Shown in pieces: positions 36,966 through 45,403 of a DNA stretch of 64,000 nt. The notes under the pieces are model-generated. The model worked only from the letters and a program-made list of their open reading frames with translations. It was not told the DNA's origin and made no database searches. Position 1 is the first letter of the stretch; each line of letters opens with the position of its first letter. A program made the translations under genes and the position numbers. Source of the DNA: an uncultured delta proteobacterium (lineage in GTDB: Bacteria > Myxococcota_A > Polyangia > Haliangiales > Haliangiaceae). Location: contig CAVYYE010000003.1 in NCBI GenBank assembly GCA_963772655.1, positions 2,673,341-2,737,340 on the forward strand. The letters run 5' to 3'.

Positions 36966-38753
36966 ATGCGCGCCAGGCTGTTGTGGATCGTCGCCCTCGC
37001 CGGTTGCCCTTCACCGGCTCGACCGCCGGTGCCGGCCACACCCGCACCGCCCGTCGAACGCGCTGCGGTCGATCCGGCGACGCTGGTGACCACGGGCGAG
37101 CGCTCGGGCTACGTCCGGACCGGGCACTACGCCGAAGCGATCGATCTGTGCGAGCGGTTTCCCCGCGCGTTCGCGCACGTGAGCTGCGGGCCCATCGGCA
37201 CCACCGCGGAGGGTCGTCCGATCGTCGCGCTCACGATCGAGCGACACCCGAAGCTCCCGTGGATCTACGTTCAGGGTGGCATCCACGCCGGCGAGATCGA
37301 GGGTAAGGATGCCGGGTTCGCATTCTTTCGCGACCTGCTCGAGGGCAAGGTCGCGCCCGGCGCGCTCGATGCCGCCAACGTGGTGTTCGTGCCGGTGCTC
37401 AATCCCGACGGTCACGAGCGGTTCGGTCCCAACAACCGGCCCAACCAGCGAGGACCGGAGGACATGGGATTTCGCACCAACGGTGCTCGCCTCAACATCA
37501 ACCGCGACTTCATCAAGGCGGACACCGAGGAGACGCAGGCGATGCTGGGTGTGATGCGCGCGCGCGACCCGGTGCTCGTGATCGACCTGCACACGACCGA
37601 CGGCGCCAAGTTCCAGCACGATGTCTCGATCAATGTCGCGCCGGTGGCGCCGCGCGCCGACCGCCTCGACGAGGCGGCCGACGCGTTTCGCGATGCCCTG
37701 ATCGCGCGGCTCACCGAGCTCGGTCACCTCCCGCTGCGGTTCTACCCGTCGTTCGTCAAGGACGACGATCCGTCATCGGGGTTCGGGATCGGAGAAGCGC
37801 CGCCGCGGTTCTCGCAGTTCTACGCCGCGGCACGCGGGCGGCTGGGCCTGTTGGTCGAGAACCACAGCTGGCGCACGTACAAGGAGCGCGTGAAGAGCAC
37901 CTACGACACGTTGCGGGCCGTGTTCGAGGATGCGCGCACGCAGGCCGCGATGTGGCGGCGCATCGCCGACGAGACCTCTAGGGCCGACGCGGCGCTCGGC
38001 GGAACTCGGCTGCCAGTGATGTGGAAGCCGTCGGGGCACACCACGCAGATCGCGTTTCGCGGCTACGCCTACGAGAAGCGCGAGTCCGAGATCTCGGGCG
38101 GCACCTGGATCGTCTACGACGAGACCAAGCCCCAGATCTGGAACATCCCGCTGTACGACGAGTTGGTCCCGGCGATCACCGTCGACGTGCCACGTGCCGG
38201 GTACATCGTCGATGCCGGGTTCGCGAAGCAGGTCGGAACCATCCTGGCTCTCCACGGAGTTCAGTACCGGTTGATTCGTGGCGCGCCGCGGGTCCAGGTC
38301 GAGGTGTTCCGCGCCTCCAAGGTCACCTACAACCCACCGTACGAGGGGCGCACGCGGCCCGACTTCGAGGGTGCGTGGACGACCGAGACCCGCACCCTGG
38401 AGCACGGCGCGATCTTCGTGCCGATCGCGCAACCGTTCGCGCGCCTGGCGATCCACATGCTCGATCCGGCGCTCCCCGACTCGCTCGCGAAGTGGGGCTT
38501 CTTCAACACCGCGTTCGAGCAGAAGGAGTACATGGAGTCGTACGTCGCCGAGGAGCAGGCGCGCGCCATGATCGCGAAGGATCCGAGCCTGAAGACGAAG
38601 TTCGAGGCCGCCCTCGCGGCGGATCCGAAGCTCGCCGCCGATCCGGCGAAGCGCCTGCACTGGTTCTACGAGCGTCATCCGTCGTGGGACGAACGCGTGA
38701 ACCTGCTGCCGGTGTATCGCGTGGCGACCGATCCGCGGCCGCGCCGACGGTAG
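36966..38753 (+). CDS. M14-family zinc carboxypeptidase, lipoprotein
   Basis: The lipobox is MRARLLWIVALAGC. Zn ligands are GGIHAGEIEG (HxxE) and NPDG. The substrate-binding motif is NINRDF. Confidence 0.8.
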   Translation: MRARLLWIVALAGCPSPARPPVPATPAPPVERAAVDPATLVTTGERSGYVRTGHYAEAIDLCERFPRAFAHVSCGPIGTTAEGRPIVALTIERHPKLPWIYVQGGIHAGEIEGKDAGFAFFRDLLEGKVAPGALDAANVVFVPVLNPDGHERFGPNNRPNQRGPEDMGFRTNGARLNINRDFIKADTEETQAMLGVMRARDPVLVIDLHTTDGAKFQHDVSINVAPVAPRADRLDEAADAFRDALIARLTELGHLPLRFYPSFVKDDDPSSGFGIGEAPPRFSQFYAAARGRLGLLVENHSWRTYKERVKSTYDTLRAVFEDARTQAAMWRRIADETSRADAALGGTRLPVMWKPSGHTTQIAFRGYAYEKRESEISGGTWIVYDETKPQIWNIPLYDELVPAITVDVPRAGYIVDAGFAKQVGTILALHGVQYRLIRGAPRVQVEVFRASKVTYNPPYEGRTRPDFEGAWTTETRTLEHGAIFVPIAQPFARLAIHMLDPALPDSLAKWGFFNTAFEQKEYMESYVAEEQARAMIAKDPSLKTKFEAALAADPKLAADPAKRLHWFYERHPSWDERVNLLPVYRVATDPRPRRR

Positions 38754-39731
38754 CTACACGCGCAGGACGATCTTGCCGAATCCGGCGTTCGTCGCCATGC
38801 GCTGGTGCGCCGCGGCGGCCTGGTCGAGCGGCAGCACGGTATCGATGACCGGCGCGAGCTTGCCGCGCGTGAACAGCGGGACCACCTGAGCCTCGAACGC
38901 GCGCATCGCCGCGAGCTTCTCCTCGAGCGGACGCGACCGCAGCACCGTGCCGGTGATCGTGATCCGCTTGCGCAGGAGCAATCCGAGATCGAGCTCGGTC
39001 TTGGTACCGGCCATCAGCCCGATCAGCACGATCCGGCCGAGCGTCTTGACCGCGCGCAGGTCCTCGTCGACGTACTTGCCGCCGACCAGCTCGAGTACGG
39101 CATCGGCTCCAGCGGGGACCAGCTTCTTGACCGCCGCCGCGAAGCTCCCGTCGAGAACCGTGATGCCCTCGTCCATGCCGAGCTGCTTGGCCCGTTCGAG
39201 CTTGTCGGCGGTGCGAGCGGTCCCGATCGTGTACGCGCCGAGCGCGCGCCCGAGCTGCACCGCCGCCGTTCCGACACCGCTGCCCGCAGCGTGGACGATC
39301 ACGCTCTCGCCCGACCGCAGGTTCGCACGCGTCACCATCGCGTCGTGTGCGGTCACGAACGCCTCGGGCACCGCCGCGGCGTGTTCGAACGACATCCCGT
39401 CGGGAATCTTGGCGAGCGCACGCTCGTGTGCGGTCGCTGCCTCGGCATAGCCACCGCCGCCGAGCAGACCGAACACGCGGTCGCCGATCGCCAGACGTTC
39501 GACGCCCGGTCCGAGTGCGTCGACCTCGCCCGCGATCTCGAGCCCCGGGATGTCGGGCGGAGCATCGGGAGGCGCGGGGTACGCACCCATCCGTTGCAAC
39601 ACATCGGCGCGGTTGATCGCCGTCGCGCGGATCCGCACCCGAACCTCGCCGCGGCTGGGCTCGGGTAACGGTCGCTCGACGACCTCGAGGACCTCGGGTC
39701 CTCCGAACGTGGGAATCGCGACGGCTTTCAC
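38754..39731 (-). CDS. NADPH:quinone oxidoreductase / zeta-crystallin-like medium-chain dehydrogenase
   Basis: The protein starts MKAVAIPTFGGPEVLEVVERPLPEP. The Rossmann motif is GSGVGTAAVQLGRALGA. It is 325 aa. Confidence 0.85.
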   Translation of the reverse strand: MKAVAIPTFGGPEVLEVVERPLPEPSRGEVRVRIRATAINRADVLQRMGAYPAPPDAPPDIPGLEIAGEVDALGPGVERLAIGDRVFGLLGGGGYAEAATAHERALAKIPDGMSFEHAAAVPEAFVTAHDAMVTRANLRSGESVIVHAAGSGVGTAAVQLGRALGAYTIGTARTADKLERAKQLGMDEGITVLDGSFAAAVKKLVPAGADAVLELVGGKYVDEDLRAVKTLGRIVLIGLMAGTKTELDLGLLLRKRITITGTVLRSRPLEEKLAAMRAFEAQVVPLFTRGKLAPVIDTVLPLDQAAAAHQRMATNAGFGKIVLRV

Positions 39732-39785
39732 GCGGCGACTATCCCACGCGCGCCTGGCGAGCGTGGGATGCGCGCCCCGCGACTG

Positions 39786-40028
39786 CTACCACCAGCGACC
39801 GCGACGGCCGCTGACGTAGACGACGTTCGCCGCCTGGCTACGCTGGAGCGCGATGCCCATGAGAAGGATCATCTGCGTGCTCGAGAACCCCTTGGTCTGA
39901 GCCGAGATGTCCTTGATCGACGACGCCAGCTTGCTGATGTCGTCGAGGAACGGGTCACCTGCGTGCTTGGTTCCGCCGGTGACGGTCGAAAGAACGGTGG
40001 GATCGATGGACAGGATCTTGTTCGACAT
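39786..40028 (-). CDS. small secreted peptide precursor 2: double-glycine-type leader (MSNKILSIDPTVLSTVTGG) + amphipathic/hydrophobic cationic core ending RRGRWW (class II bacteriocin-like)
   Basis: The ATG has an AGGAAG RBS. The composition is Lys/Ile/Ser-rich and atypical for non-coding high-GC frames. The leader is conserved with ORFs at 21343, 42535 and 53721. Confidence 0.6.
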   Translation of the reverse strand: MSNKILSIDPTVLSTVTGGTKHAGDPFLDDISKLASSIKDISAQTKGFSSTQMILLMGIALQRSQAANVVYVSGRRGRWW

Positions 40029-40137
40029 GGGCTGGGCTTCCTGGTGATGGCAGGTGGTGCCGATCGTTCGAGCAGCCCGCGTGCCATCGCTAAGTCGTTG
40101 ATCCCAGTCGCGCGATCCAACCGAACGAATTCATTCG

Positions 40138-40176
40138 AGGTGACACCTCGCCAACCGAGGGTGACACCCGGGGGGC
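40138..40176. promoter_or_regulatory. two small palindromes GAGGTGaCACCTC and GGGTGaCACCC ~110-135 nt upstream of peptide ORF 2; same GGTGnCACC core occurs 15 nt upstream of peptide ORF 1 (21690-21698)
   Basis: The palindromes are seen directly. They may be an operator for a dimeric regulator. Confidence 0.3.
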
Positions 40177-40189
40177 CTTGCGCGGGGGG

Positions 40190-41074
40190 TCACTGGACCA
40201 GGAACGGCTGGTCGACGGTCGCCTTCACCGGCCGGCCGTCGTCGTCGAGGGCCGGCCGGTACCGGAACCGGAAGATCTGGTCCGCCGCCACGTTGTCGCG
40301 CGGACCACCGACGCCCTGTACGAGGTGGGCGCCGACCACGTAACCGTCGGTGTCGACGGTGACCCGTGCGACGAACAGCGGGTCACCGTCGCCGACCTCG
40401 CGCTGGCGCACCGGGTAGATCAGCTTCGGGGGGCGCGCCTTCGACGGTGGTGGTGGCGGCGGCAGGTGACTCGACAGTAGCTCGTCACCACCACCCGCCC
40501 CGTCCCCGAGCCCCGTCCCGCACGCCAGCCGCCCGATCCCGCGACACCGACCCGTGCCGTTGCCGGTGCCTCGCCCGTCACCCGTGCCCGCGCCGGTTCC
40601 CGTCGCACCCGCGCCGCCGCCGCGCTCGCCGGGACCTGACTCGATCTCGACCGTGCCGAGCTCCGAGGCGATGGTCCGGATCTCGGACGTATCGGTCCGG
40701 ATGCCGGAAGGCTTGGTCCGCGCACCGGACATCTCGGTCCGTGCACCAGACGTCTCGGTCCGAGTCTCGGTCCGAGTCTCGGACGATGCCGAAGTCGCCA
40801 ACGCGTCGGCGCCAATGTTGCCGTCGGCGCGGGGCGCGTCCCGCGCGGCGGGCTCGAGCGACGACGAAACGTCGACGACCTCGACGATCTCGACGCCCGG
40901 TGCCATCCCGAGGCCGTGTCCCGTCGACGGCGAGCGCCGCGCGAGCATCACCAGCGCCGCGCCGAGGATCGCGTGCAGTACCAGGGATCCGAGGAGCGCG
41001 CATCGTCGGAGATAGTCACGCGCCGGGCCCTCGGGGCGGGCGTGACGACGCTCCGGGTGTTGCCCCACATCCAC
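40190..41074 (-). CDS. TonB-family energy transducer (N-terminal TM anchor, Pro/Gly/Thr-rich periodic linker, C-terminal TonB domain)
   Basis: The anchor is ALLGSLVLHAILGAALVML. The linker has TETRTETSGARTEMSGARTKPSGIRTDTSEIRT repeats. The C-terminus reads PKLIYPVRQRE...GYVVGAHLVQGVGGP..D.AA...FRFRYRPA (TonB_C-like). Confidence 0.7.
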   Translation of the reverse strand: MDVGQHPERRHARPEGPARDYLRRCALLGSLVLHAILGAALVMLARRSPSTGHGLGMAPGVEIVEVVDVSSSLEPAARDAPRADGNIGADALATSASSETRTETRTETSGARTEMSGARTKPSGIRTDTSEIRTIASELGTVEIESGPGERGGGAGATGTGAGTGDGRGTGNGTGRCRGIGRLACGTGLGDGAGGGDELLSSHLPPPPPPSKARPPKLIYPVRQREVGDGDPLFVARVTVDTDGYVVGAHLVQGVGGPRDNVAADQIFRFRYRPALDDDGRPVKATVDQPFLVQ

Positions 41075-41159
41075 CCGACGATCATGCGCGAAACCCGGTG
41101 CCGTGCGGGATCACACGCGATCACCGGCGCGAGCTGCAGGTCTCTCGCGGTGTCGCGGT

Positions 41160-41567
41160 CTATCCGTGGTCCTGGCACCGCAACGGTCGATCGCGATTCG
41201 GACGGCATTGCCACTGCCAGCACGGGTCGTACTTACCCGGGCCAATGCCGTCGACCCGCTCCGCGTGAAATCGCTCTCCGTCGAGCCAGCCCTGAACCAC
41301 GACGTCGACACCCTCGCACACCGTGTCCGGAAGCACACCGTCGTAGAGAACCTCGACGGGATCGTCGATCTTCGTGGGTGCCCACGGGTCGACGAGCGTC
41401 AACGCGTAGCCATCGGAGGTGTGGTGCAGCGAGCCGCGCTCGATGGTGCCGGCACGCCACTCGAGATCCCGGTGTACCAGGCCTCGAATCGCCATCGCGA
41501 TCGCCAGCGTCGTGATCACGATCAGACTCGCCGCGAGCCAGGTGCGAACACGATCGAGGACCAGCAT
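41160..41567 (-). CDS. CcmE-like OB-fold protein (cytochrome c maturation heme-chaperone family) lacking the canonical heme-binding His
   Basis: There is an N-terminal TM anchor. VEVLYDGVLPDTVCEGVDVVVQGWLDGERFHAERV aligns with E. coli CcmE [34 protein letters not shown]. The C-terminus is GKYDPCWQWQC instead of LAKHDENY. Confidence 0.5.
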   Translation of the reverse strand: MLVLDRVRTWLAASLIVITTLAIAMAIRGLVHRDLEWRAGTIERGSLHHTSDGYALTLVDPWAPTKIDDPVEVLYDGVLPDTVCEGVDVVVQGWLDGERFHAERVDGIGPGKYDPCWQWQCRPNRDRPLRCQDHG

Positions 41568-41788
41568 TTCGATCGCGCAACCGCGAGAGCCGCACCGCTA
41601 TTCCGTGCAGCAACTGCAGGGTCGGTGGTCGCGGATGAAACTGGTGGCTGGTCGAGATCTGGCTACTCCACTGGCCAGACGTCCGAAATGTGGACACTTT
41701 CTGGAGCTTGGTCATTTCAACCATTGAAGATCATGGCGATATTATCGGCCGGACCAATGGTCCACCGCTTGCACCGCAGTGCGTCATC

Positions 41789-42403
41789 ATGCGTGCTCTA
41801 GCTTTGATTCCTCTCCTCACCGCGTGCGGCGCCGACCTCATGGAGCCACCGCCGGCGTCCGCGCGGGCCTATCTCGAGGCCGGTGCCGACGTCGAGGTGT
41901 CACCGGCCGACAGCGCCGGCACCATCGGCGCCGCTCACCACACCCCCGATGGCTGGGTGTCCGGCCTGACGGATCTGACGATCGACGCGGGAACGATCGC
42001 GCTCTCGACCACGAGCGATGGCGCGCTCGAGATCGACGACGTCTCGCTCGACCTCGGATCGATCGCGATCCCCGAGACCGTGCTCGGCTACGACGTCGCG
42101 CTCACCGACGTGCACGTCGGTCTGAAGGCCCCGGTCGCGATGGTTCCGGAGTGGGACGGCGACAACGCCGCGCACGCCCGGGCCGAGCTCGAGCTCGCGA
42201 TCACGTGGTCGCTGACCAACCACGGCACGACGTCGCCGCTCGGGTCACCGAAGCTGCCGTCGCTCCCGGTCGAGCTCGACATCACCGGGAGCGGAGCCGG
42301 CGTGAACGTCGAGATGCGGGTGACCGCACCGGGCACGTTGTGGACGTGGGCGAACCTGCTCGAGCTGCAGGATCTGACGCTGATCGTTGGCGGTCGCGGT
42401 TAG
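41789..42403 (+). CDS. lipoprotein, hypothetical
   Basis: The lipobox is MRALALIPLLTACG. The body is Asp/Thr/Leu-rich and about 204 aa. The start was chosen at an internal Met of the longer ORF. Confidence 0.5.
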   Translation: MRALALIPLLTACGADLMEPPPASARAYLEAGADVEVSPADSAGTIGAAHHTPDGWVSGLTDLTIDAGTIALSTTSDGALEIDDVSLDLGSIAIPETVLGYDVALTDVHVGLKAPVAMVPEWDGDNAAHARAELELAITWSLTNHGTTSPLGSPKLPSLPVELDITGSGAGVNVEMRVTAPGTLWTWANLLELQDLTLIVGGRG

Positions 42404-42525
42404 GCGATCGTCGCTCGTCGATCGTCGCTCGTCGCTCGTCGCTCGTCGCTCGTTGATCGTCGCTCGTCGCTCGTTGATCGTCGATCGTCGATCGTCGCTC
42501 GTCGCTCGTCGCCGATGGTCGCGTT
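42404..42525. repeat. intergenic heptanucleotide microsatellite (CGTCGCT / CGTTGAT / CGTCGAT) ~16 copies
   Basis: The repeat is seen directly. It lies immediately 3' of the peptide ORF 3 stop on the minus strand. Confidence 0.85.
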
Positions 42526-42534
42526 GACAGTCGT

Positions 42535-42729
42535 CTACTGGCCGTAGCCGGTCGTGCTGCCGTAGCCGGAGATCTGGACGTTGGTCGTGATCTCCGGACC
42601 GGCCGACGGCGGCGGAGCCGGCGGGGCCGCCGGCGGCGGGCAGCTCTTCTTCTTGTGACAACCGCCGGAGACGCCGGCGAGGTCGGAGAGATCGATCGAC
42701 TCGAGGAGGGGCTGGGTGGTGGTGGACAT
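42535..42729 (-). CDS. small secreted peptide precursor 3: double-glycine-type leader (MSTTTQPLLESIDLSDLAGVSGG) + Cys/Lys/Pro-rich core (CHKKKSCPPPAAPPAPPPSAG…GYGSTTGYGQ)
   Basis: The ATG at 42729 has a GAGAGG RBS. The protein is 64 aa. The leader is conserved with the other three peptide ORFs. Confidence 0.55.
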   Translation of the reverse strand: MSTTTQPLLESIDLSDLAGVSGGCHKKKSCPPPAAPPAPPPSAGPEITTNVQISGYGSTTGYGQ

Positions 42730-42885
42730 GTCGCCTCTCGGTGCAGCGCATATGCCACGGGTTCCCGCCGAAACTCCGCGCAGTTGGCCAGACGGCATCG
42801 TCTCCCGTGGGATGCAATCGATGATCGCGCGACGCAGGCCAACGCTGGTCGAGCGTGGGACAATCACCCGGTGATCGCGCCGAAC

Positions 42886-43113
42886 ATGTCATCGCGCGGC
42901 AAGCAGCTCGCAGCGCTGTTCGCCCTGGTGATCATCTTCGCGCTCCCCAAGCAGGTCGAGTGCGGGTATCCCGGCGGGACCTGCGAGCATCCGGCCTCGT
43001 TCCATCGCACGTGCAAGAGCTACGAGGTCGAGCCGTTCGGGTTCTACCTGATCGAGAAGCTGGTCGGAGACGACGTCGGGTTCGCGTACTCGTCGGGCGA
43101 GAACTGCCGCTAG
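42886..43113 (+). CDS. small secreted/membrane-anchored Cys-containing protein (75 aa, 4 Cys), divergent from peptide ORF 3
   Basis: The protein is MSSRGKQLAALFALVIIFALPKQVECGYPGGTCEHPASFHRTCKSY..., with a hydrophobic N-terminus and protein-like composition. Confidence 0.4.
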   Translation: MSSRGKQLAALFALVIIFALPKQVECGYPGGTCEHPASFHRTCKSYEVEPFGFYLIEKLVGDDVGFAYSSGENCR

Positions 43114-43541
43114 CTGGGGTAGTCGATCGCCACGACCTCGACTTCGCCGCGCGGCAACACGATGCTGTCGCCGACGCTGGCGTCGTAGAGCTCCTCGGCG
43201 ATCGGGGTCTGGAAGTAGATCGCGCCATCCTTGGGCGACGCCTCGATCGCGCCGACGATCCGGTAGGTGGTGCGCTTGCCACGCGCATCCTCGACCGTGA
43301 CCGCCGCTCCGAACCCGACGCGCGACCGATCGACCGGCGGCTCCATCACCACCGCGGTCCCCAGGTGATCGCCGAGCTCGCGGGCGCGATCCTCGTCGGT
43401 GCAACTCTCGAGCTCGGCGCGCAACGCACGGACACCGGCGGCCGTGACGTAGTTCGGCACGCCGTCGGGCACGGGCACGCCCCGGCGACGAACCGGCGGT
43501 GGGGGGACCCCGTCGTCGTCTTTCGTGAACGCCTTGCTCAA
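43110..43541 (-). CDS. GreA/GreB-family transcription elongation factor-like protein (C-terminal FKBP-like domain; Rnk-like)
   Basis: RTTYRIVGAIEASPKDGAIYFQTPIAEELYDASVGDSIVLPRGEVEVVAIDY matches the Gre C-terminal domain pattern. Confidence 0.75.
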   Translation of the reverse strand: MSKAFTKDDDGVPPPPVRRRGVPVPDGVPNYVTAAGVRALRAELESCTDEDRARELGDHLGTAVVMEPPVDRSRVGFGAAVTVEDARGKRTTYRIVGAIEASPKDGAIYFQTPIAEELYDASVGDSIVLPRGEVEVVAIDYPS

Positions 43542-43563
43542 GACCCCGTGTTATCACGCTCCG

Positions 43564-45276
43564 ATGAACGAGCGGGATGAGATGCGCGAGCCGGCCCCGA
43601 TCGACGAGATCGACCCGACCGATCCGCGTACCAGACTGCCGAACCAGATCCCGTTCATCATCGGGAACGAGGCGGCGGAACGCTTCAGCTACTACGGGAT
43701 GAGGAACATCCTCACGACGTTCCTCCCGATCTCGCTCTTGCTCGCGAACCTGCCACCCCCGGAACGCGAGGGCGCCGCCTCGACGGTGTTCCACACGTTC
43801 GCGATGGGCGTGTACTTCTTTCCGCTGCTCGGCGGCTGGCTGTCGGATCGCTGGTTCGGCAAGTACCACACGATCCTGTGGTTCAGCCTGATCTACTGCG
43901 TCGGGCAAGGCTGCCTCGCGCTGTTCGTCGACGACCGCACCGGGTTCTATACCGGTCTGTTCCTGATCGCGCTCGGATCGGGCGGCATCAAACCGCTGGT
44001 GTCGTCGTTCGTCGGCGACCAGTTCGACCAGTACAACAAGCACCGCGCCAAGGTCGTGTACGACGCGTTCTACTGGTCGATCAATTTCGGCTCGTTCTTC
44101 GCGTCGCTGTTGATGCCGATCTTCTTGCGCCAGCTCGGTCCACGCGTCGCGTTCGGCGTGCCCGGCGTGCTGATGGCGGTCGCGACGCTGGTGTTCTGGC
44201 TGGGTCGCAAGCGCTACAAGAACATGCCGCCGGCGCCGCGCAACCCGGACTCGTTCGTCAACGTGTCGCGCACCGCGCTGCGCGCCGGCGGGTTCGGCTT
44301 CGCGCTGTTCGTGATCGGCGCCTTGATCATGTTCGGGCTGCTCGTCGCCTCGGGCACGTACTTCATCCATCCGGTGTGGCCGATGACGTGGCTCAAGCCG
44401 GCGGAGTCGATCTGCCTCGGCGTGATGGTGTTCTTGGTGTGCGGCTCGATCGGAGTCCACCACCAGCTCGAGCTCGCGCGCGGCAAGCACCCGGACGAGG
44501 CGATCGACGGCGTGCGCGCCGTGCTGCGCGTGCTGATCGTGTTCGCACTGGTGACGCCATTCTGGACGTTGTTCGACCAGAAGGCCTCGACCTGGGTGTT
44601 CCAGGGCATGGAGATGTCGAAGCCGTCGTGGTTCGAGTCGGCGCAGATGCAGCTGGTCAACCCGGCGCTCGTGATGATCCTGATCCCGCTCAACAACCTC
44701 GTGTTGTTCCCGGCGATGCGCAGGCGGGGCTTCAAGCTCACCCAGCTCGGAAAGATGACCACCGGGATGGCGCTCGCCGGGTGTTCCTACATCTCGGTCG
44801 CGATCTTCCAGCTGGTCCTCGACGGTGGCGGTGACCTGTCGATCGTGTGGCAGGTGATCCCGTACGCGCTGCTCACCATGGGCGAGGTGCTGGTGTCGGC
44901 GACCGGCCTCGAGTTCGCGTACAGCCAGGCGCCGCTGTCGATGAAGGGCGTGATCATGAGCTTCTGGCAGCTCGCGGTCACGATGGGCAACCTGTGGACG
45001 CTGCTCGCGCGGGAGACCGTGCACCGCAAGGGTGTGGCCGACTGGATCTCGGGTTTCGGGATCACGCCGACCGCGTTCCTCATGGTGTTCTTCGCGGGCT
45101 TCGCGTTCTGCGCCGCGCTCGCGTTCCGCTGGTACGCCAAGCGCTACAAGGAGGTCGACAACTACCGCAGCAGCGGACCCGCTCCGGGTGCCGGTCCGGC
45201 GCCGATCCCGAAGGCGACCGCGCACGATGTCGACGAGCTGCCGAAGGCGACGGCGCGCGAGACCGACGAGGATTGA
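43564..45276 (+). CDS. POT/PTR2-family proton-dependent oligopeptide transporter (MFS)
   Basis: The PTR2 signatures are FSYYGMRNIL, GGWLSDRWFGKY and FLIALGSGGIKP. There are 12-14 TM helices. Confidence 0.9.
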   Translation: MNERDEMREPAPIDEIDPTDPRTRLPNQIPFIIGNEAAERFSYYGMRNILTTFLPISLLLANLPPPEREGAASTVFHTFAMGVYFFPLLGGWLSDRWFGKYHTILWFSLIYCVGQGCLALFVDDRTGFYTGLFLIALGSGGIKPLVSSFVGDQFDQYNKHRAKVVYDAFYWSINFGSFFASLLMPIFLRQLGPRVAFGVPGVLMAVATLVFWLGRKRYKNMPPAPRNPDSFVNVSRTALRAGGFGFALFVIGALIMFGLLVASGTYFIHPVWPMTWLKPAESICLGVMVFLVCGSIGVHHQLELARGKHPDEAIDGVRAVLRVLIVFALVTPFWTLFDQKASTWVFQGMEMSKPSWFESAQMQLVNPALVMILIPLNNLVLFPAMRRRGFKLTQLGKMTTGMALAGCSYISVAIFQLVLDGGGDLSIVWQVIPYALLTMGEVLVSATGLEFAYSQAPLSMKGVIMSFWQLAVTMGNLWTLLARETVHRKGVADWISGFGITPTAFLMVFFAGFAFCAALAFRWYAKRYKEVDNYRSSGPAPGAGPAPIPKATAHDVDELPKATARETDED

Positions 45277-45403
45277 TCGATCCTCGTGGTCGTGATCGTT
45301 GTCTCCGACGTGGACGTCGACGTAGGGAACAGGACACGAGGACGCCGAGATCGTTTCCCGCGAGTGCCGACCGTGGCTACGGCGCGTGCCCGATGGACAG
45401 TCG

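Noticed and set aside
42889-45225. 778-aa minus-strand ORF
   Set aside because: It is antisense to the POT transporter and GreA-like genes. The composition is extremely Arg/His-rich.
45295-45320. Hairpin cgacg-tgga-cgtcg between the convergent POT transporter and pirin genes as terminator
   Set aside because: The stem is only 5 bp with no U-tract, which is too weak to call.
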